Position numbers and translations under genes: made by a program. A model generated the notes under the pieces. That model was not told where the DNA came from. It searched no databases and saw only the letters and a list, made by a program, of their open reading frames with translations. A stretch of 64,000 nucleotides of DNA from a virus (Duplodnaviria; Caudoviricetes). Below are positions 59,867 to 64,000 of the stretch, one piece after another. Position 1 is the first letter of the stretch, and each line of letters opens with the position of its first letter. The stretch lies in the IMG/VR virus record IMGVR_UViG_2806311071_000002, positions 1 through 64,000 of that record. One strand, given 5' to 3'.

Positions 59867-60433
59867 TTATTTGTATTGATAGTAAACACCCTTCTTGTTT
59901 AGCTTTTCAATAACTTCGTGTTTGAATGGTTCTCCAAGAATTGCAAATCTAACTGTATAATTACCTACTAGGATATCCTGAAAAGACAGATTGGATATTA
60001 TTTTGCTGGTTTCCCCTTCCGGTTGGCGTCTAAAGAGTAAACTCTTTCTGTATTCTTTAAAGTCATTTATTTCACACTCGTTCACTTTTACAAAATGCTC
60101 AATTAAACGTTCCATTTTTTCTTTACTCGAATACATTTGTGTGAAACCAAAGTGATGAAAAGCATGACAATTCGCACAGATTAGATTTAACCCAATTAAT
60201 TTAACTACAATATTTTCATAATCATACTCTTCATGCTCATGTATATGAAGCTTGCTCGTTTCACCGTTTTTAGGCGAATATTTGCAAATGCTACATACAG
60301 GAATTTTCTTTTGTAAAATTTGATCTCTTATTTTAGCCCAAAGTGATTGCCCTATCGTTTTTCTGATTGTCTTTCCATGAAACATACCTGGTTTAGCATC
60401 AATCTTCAATTTGAAATGAGTAAAATCATCCAT
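59867..60433 (-). CDS. HNH endonuclease with Zn finger
   Basis: WAKIR...CSIC...LHIHE...LICANCHAFHH. Confidence 0.8.
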   Translation of the reverse strand: MDDFTHFKLKIDAKPGMFHGKTIRKTIGQSLWAKIRDQILQKKIPVCSICKYSPKNGETSKLHIHEHEEYDYENIVVKLIGLNLICANCHAFHHFGFTQMYSSKEKMERLIEHFVKVNECEINDFKEYRKSLLFRRQPEGETSKIISNLSFQDILVGNYTVRFAILGEPFKHEVIEKLNKKGVYYQYK

Positions 60434-60460
60434 AAAATCATCCCTCTTTAAGATATTAAT

Positions 60461-61087
60461 TTATTTACGTTCTTCCCACCATGCTTCTATTTTTTCTACT
60501 CTCATTTCAGATTCTAGGTGATTGATGCTTTCATTAACCTGGTGATATTCTTTTAATAGGGCAATATAATTTTCAATTAGAGTTTTTAACTCTGCACAGC
60601 CTTCTATATAGATATACTTATTATATCTTACTTGATTTTTCCTAAGTATATCCTTTATCCAATCAGCATCTGAATATCGGATTTGAACTATGTCAAAGGT
60701 AGCCAAAACTTTTCCCAGCTCCCCTATTGCAAATTTAAACTCTAAATCAATTTTTTCAGGAAGCTTATATACATTTTCATTTTTAGTAAGATCCTTTCCC
60801 ATCCATAAAGAGTCTTTGTCTAAATATTTAGCTACACGAATTGGAACGGTTTCTTTAACATTTATAAGCTTAGCTTTTAACTTCTTTCTTTTTTTAATAT
60901 TGAAGGAAAAAAACTTATCTGATTGTTTTTTTAATGTTCTCATAATTTCATGATCAATCCAGGATTTAGCGAATTTACATAACTCATCAGTTAATGCAAC
61001 CCGAGTCTCTTTTAGTTTTTTTAAAAGTTGTTCTTTGGTTGAACTTTGCTTTTTATATGTTTCTGTATCCAACTGGGCAACCTCCAT
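60461..61087 (-). CDS. Hypothetical coiled-coil protein
   Basis: ATG directly follows the upstream stop; helical N- and C-termini. Confidence 0.7.
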   Translation of the reverse strand: MEVAQLDTETYKKQSSTKEQLLKKLKETRVALTDELCKFAKSWIDHEIMRTLKKQSDKFFSFNIKKRKKLKAKLINVKETVPIRVAKYLDKDSLWMGKDLTKNENVYKLPEKIDLEFKFAIGELGKVLATFDIVQIRYSDADWIKDILRKNQVRYNKYIYIEGCAELKTLIENYIALLKEYHQVNESINHLESEMRVEKIEAWWEERK

Positions 61088-62410
61088 TTAGTTTTTATTT
61101 ATTTCACCTGCAGACTTCACAAAGTATTTTTCGAGAATCGATTGAGTATTAATACAATGGAGTTCTATTTGTTTCACGTAGTTAGTAAATTCATCGTTAA
61201 ATGTTACAATTTTTGTATACATTTCCTCAAATGAATCTCTATCTTCTGAATTGAAATAACAATATATAATTTTTGGCCTTTTCACATTCCTAGAAAAAAG
61301 TGAATACATAACAGAACGTAAGATGTGATAATCGTTTTCAATATTCATACCAAATATTAAGACATTGTTGATACAATTTCTTTTAAATGTCTCTTCTATG
61401 TCCTCTGAATAGTACGATTTTATTTTATTATAATAATTATTTTTGATAGAATAATGAGCAATTAAGTTATATTGAGTTTTATATATAAAATAGTCTCCGA
61501 TTATTATGTCCGAGAAGCTGACGTATTCTTTTCCATCAATCAACCCAAGACTTTGGTTATAAACAAACTCAATTTTATTTTTTATAAACTTACCATGCGG
61601 ATGAATTATAGAATCGTTTTCTAAAAGTGTGTCCGCAATAAGGTCATAATTAAATGAAAGCAATGATGTGAATAAATTCAAAAATTTTTTAATGCCGCAC
61701 AAATTTAATTTATCTTTTTTCTCTAATTGGCTAAAATCACATGATTTCCCATTAGCATAGATAGCTATTGAAAAAAGCATTCTTATGTAGGTCGCAAAAC
61801 CATTCATTATAGTGTTTTCCAGCACGTGACTTTTTTGTGAAAGTAAAATTCGGCTTTTGTGTCCAGCAATAATTGATTCAACAAATGTGTTACTTTGTGG
61901 AAAAGAAAATGTTCCTTTGTCAAGCTCACTAATTGCGAAATAAAAATAAATTAAAATACTCCAGTTTTCAATATTAACATACTTATAACCTCTTCTATTT
62001 CCAACTTCACAAATATTCTTTAGGACATCAATTTCACTAATATTAAAAGCCAATGTATGAATCATTTCTTTACTTGAAAGACTTTGAAGTACCATGTCGT
62101 TATTTATAATCTCATTTGCTAGCGCTAATCCATCTTTGAATAAATTTTCAAGGTCTATTTCTGAATAAAATTTCAAATGTCTATAAACACCTGTAAAATT
62201 GTCTTTACATTTCTCCTTAAATCTTGAGTTTACTCCTTTTATATTGTATTGACCTTTCTTCGAAATTATTTTTTTATGAGAATCATATAATCGATTATAA
62301 ATTCCGCTAAAACAATCATCAAAATTAATACTGAAACCATTACCTAATAATATTGCACTATTGCTGTTAATTATATAATCTTCTAACTGTTCCAGACATA
62401 AATTTTTCAA
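61088..62410 (-). CDS. SIR2-like / AbiH-like protein
   Basis: ILLGNGFSI, SFNYD, IHPHG and IFGMNIEND motifs in sirtuin-like order. Confidence 0.7.
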   Translation of the reverse strand: MKNLCLEQLEDYIINSNSAILLGNGFSINFDDCFSGIYNRLYDSHKKIISKKGQYNIKGVNSRFKEKCKDNFTGVYRHLKFYSEIDLENLFKDGLALANEIINNDMVLQSLSSKEMIHTLAFNISEIDVLKNICEVGNRRGYKYVNIENWSILIYFYFAISELDKGTFSFPQSNTFVESIIAGHKSRILLSQKSHVLENTIMNGFATYIRMLFSIAIYANGKSCDFSQLEKKDKLNLCGIKKFLNLFTSLLSFNYDLIADTLLENDSIIHPHGKFIKNKIEFVYNQSLGLIDGKEYVSFSDIIIGDYFIYKTQYNLIAHYSIKNNYYNKIKSYYSEDIEETFKRNCINNVLIFGMNIENDYHILRSVMYSLFSRNVKRPKIIYCYFNSEDRDSFEEMYTKIVTFNDEFTNYVKQIELHCINTQSILEKYFVKSAGEINKN

Positions 62411-62598
62411 ACGTATTCCCCTTTTATAAATAGATTGCTTTCATGAAGCATTACTTTAAAGTCTCTTCCATTCTACATACTCAAATCGCTGCTGATAAAG
62501 GTCTTCCAGAATTGCGGCCCATTCAACCCAGCCGTCCGCAACGATGCTTTTCTTCTCCCCATCCTCAATCCATTCAATCCAGTACACCTGCACACCCC

Positions 62599-62814
62599 TT
62601 ACCTAGTGATAACTTCAATTTGTCTTATAGCAGAAATGACTTTAAATTGTGTATGCAGCTCGTTTGAGATCACTAAAGCTTCTGACATTGTAGTGAACTT
62701 AGAAGCGCCATGAAGCCCCTTAGATGTCTTATAACCACTTCCATCTAATTTAAATGACTTGAAGTAATCATCATTATCAAATTGAATAACAAAAAAGTTA
62801 TCGATAACCGGCAT
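62599..62814 (-). CDS. Hypothetical protein (YopF-like position)
   Basis: GAGGGG RBS. Confidence 0.65.
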   Translation of the reverse strand: MPVIDNFFVIQFDNDDYFKSFKLDGSGYKTSKGLHGASKFTTMSEALVISNELHTQFKVISAIRQIEVITR

Positions 62815-62816
62815 AG

Positions 62817-63068
62817 CTAACCCCTCTTCAACAGACCAGCAATTTTTATGGCCAGTGGCAGCAATCCAATTAATATGTAAAACACCATGATATTTATTTT
62901 ATTCTTAAAGAAAAGTTCAATCATATTCTGCTCCATGCCTGGTGAAAATGAATCAATCAGTTCCTGCTTAAACTCTTCATCATAAACCTGATCAACAAAT
63001 AAGGCCTTAACTCCCGTTAGAAAGCCAACACCAAGCCAGAGTATTAAGAAATATGCTATTCCAATCAA
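62817..63068 (-). CDS. Two-TM membrane protein (YopE-like position)
   Basis: Hydrophobic termini; GGAGGG RBS. Confidence 0.65.
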   Translation of the reverse strand: MIGIAYFLILWLGVGFLTGVKALFVDQVYDEEFKQELIDSFSPGMEQNMIELFFKNKINIMVFYILIGLLPLAIKIAGLLKRG

Positions 63069-63138
63069 ATTAAAGCCCTCCTTATATACATCGTCTGGTA
63101 TTATAGTAGTGTTAAATACTTTGTGTAGGTGAAATTTA

Positions 63139-63321
63139 ATGGAAGAGAAAGATTTTGAGACTAATGGCTACGATGTAACAGTTGTGTATGATTATAAGGA
63201 GTATCCCGATGTTAAATATGGCCGCTGTGACAACTGTGATTATGCTTTGTTCAAGAGTTCAGTGAAAAGTGGTGTGTTTTTACGTGAGTGTCGTAGGTGT
63301 GGTATGAAGAAGAGCATTTAG
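63139..63321 (+). CDS. Small Zn-finger protein
   Basis: CDNC...CRRC; AGGTG RBS; terminator at 63312-63337. Confidence 0.6.
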   Translation: MEEKDFETNGYDVTVVYDYKEYPDVKYGRCDNCDYALFKSSVKSGVFLRECRRCGMKKSI

Positions 63322-63335
63322 TTTAATGCTCTTTT

Positions 63336-63560
63336 TTATTTCACTGGATCCATGTAGCTTACATATACTTCAATTCCGTCTTCAGTTTTATATTCCGCAA
63401 TTTTGTCTGGATCCGATTCAATCTTTTCAATAAGCCGCTTTGCACTTTTATTGCCCTTTTCACTATTTGATGCAACAATCCAAGACCAATAATTCCATTC
63501 AGAGATGCAGGACTTAATCTTTTCTGGTATCTTATGACCTCTTGTATAAACCTTGATCAT
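63336..63560 (-). CDS. Hypothetical protein
   Basis: GGGGGAG RBS. Confidence 0.6.
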   Translation of the reverse strand: MIKVYTRGHKIPEKIKSCISEWNYWSWIVASNSEKGNKSAKRLIEKIESDPDKIAEYKTEDGIEVYVSYMDPVK

Positions 63561-63666
63561 TTATTCGTCTCCCCCTATAAAATAATGCTTGTTCTTGATC
63601 CCTTTGCCTCTGCAAAAAAAGTCTGCAACGTGATAAGGTTAACCAAATTACCTTAGGAGTGTTTGC

Positions 63667-63897
63667 ATGCTAAAAGCTACAAAAATTCTCATTTCATTTA
63701 TGGCGTTGTTACTAGCCGTGTATTCTCTGTTTAATCAAAGTGGATTCCTGTTGATTTCTCTTCAGGTATTAGTTGCAGTTCTTTTTATCATAGTCGGGCT
63801 GGAATTACTTTCAAAGAAACAAAAGAGCTATGGATATATCTTCTTTGGAACATCCGCCTTTATACTTGCCGTGAATATTATTAAATTCATGATTTAA
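63667..63897 (+). CDS. Small three-TM membrane protein
   Basis: Highly hydrophobic; AGGAG RBS. Confidence 0.65.
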   Translation: MLKATKILISFMALLLAVYSLFNQSGFLLISLQVLVAVLFIIVGLELLSKKQKSYGYIFFGTSAFILAVNIIKFMI

Positions 63898-64000
63898 ACC
63901 TCAGATGATAGTGCCTTTATGTATCTCAATCTCTTGTTGAATACATAGTCTTCAAGCCCATTTCAATTTATAATTTTTCTTATCTCATTATTTAATCCAA

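Larger units (their letters stand above)
1318..64000 (-). mobile_element. SPbeta-like prophage (early/replication arm; continues beyond window)
   Basis: Gene order yot-yos-yor-yoq-yop, with aimR/aimP, mrpR, nrdIEF, C5 methyltransferase and sspC. Confidence 0.97.

Noticed and set aside
89-62667. Many + strand ORFs antisense to real genes (e.g. 89-379, 6496-6867, 12069-12428, 29471-29767, 58393-58623)
   Set aside because: Shadow ORFs with no RBS or motifs, fully overlapping well-supported genes
24038-63594. Further degenerate palindrome copies (24038, 48084, 48831, 62427, 63577)
   Set aside because: Two or more mismatches or altered spacing; not counted, although their junction positions are suggestive
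1-64000. tRNA, rRNA or IS elements
   Set aside because: No cloverleaf, rRNA-like or transposase signal seen by eye; tRNAscan-SE and ISEScan would be needed to exclude them formally

Overview
Positions ~1318-64000 are the early, replication and nucleotide-metabolism arm of a Bacillus SPbeta-like prophage, almost all on the - strand. Positions 1-1317 are flanking chromosome with decayed phage remnants. The prophage boundary is visible: 1318-1377 is a displaced copy of the last 19 codons of glnA (DMFRTQVHPWEREQYMSQY*). It is followed by GTGGTCA arm-like repeats and an excisionase-like gene, which points to tyrosine-integrase insertion at the glnA 3' end rather than the SprA/SprB-spsM system of SPbeta. 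The window holds an arbitrium locus (aimR, aimP with mature peptide GMPRGA), the yopM-yopR (sro/mrpR) lysogeny operon and a replication operon that uses a family A polymerase. It also has a full dNTP/dTTP module (nrdI, nrdE with two group I introns, nrdF, thioredoxin, dUTPase, thyA, dfr, kinase, nucleotidase), a four-TRD multispecific C5 methyltransferase, sspC, a PGA hydrolase, SRAP plus ligase, and many small accessory genes. There are two main candidates for new biology. The first is an 18-bp palindrome, WTAAAA-N6-TTTTAW, with a different 6-bp spacer in each copy. I found 14 exact and about 8 one-mismatch copies, all at accessory gene junctions and often overlapping a stop codon, suggesting a cassette-shuffling or operator system. 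The second is an AT-rich three-gene operon (SIR2/AbiH-like, coiled-coil, HNH) just upstream of aimR that looks like an uncharacterised anti-phage defence system. All family and SPbeta-homologue assignments come from motif recognition and memory, not from database searches.
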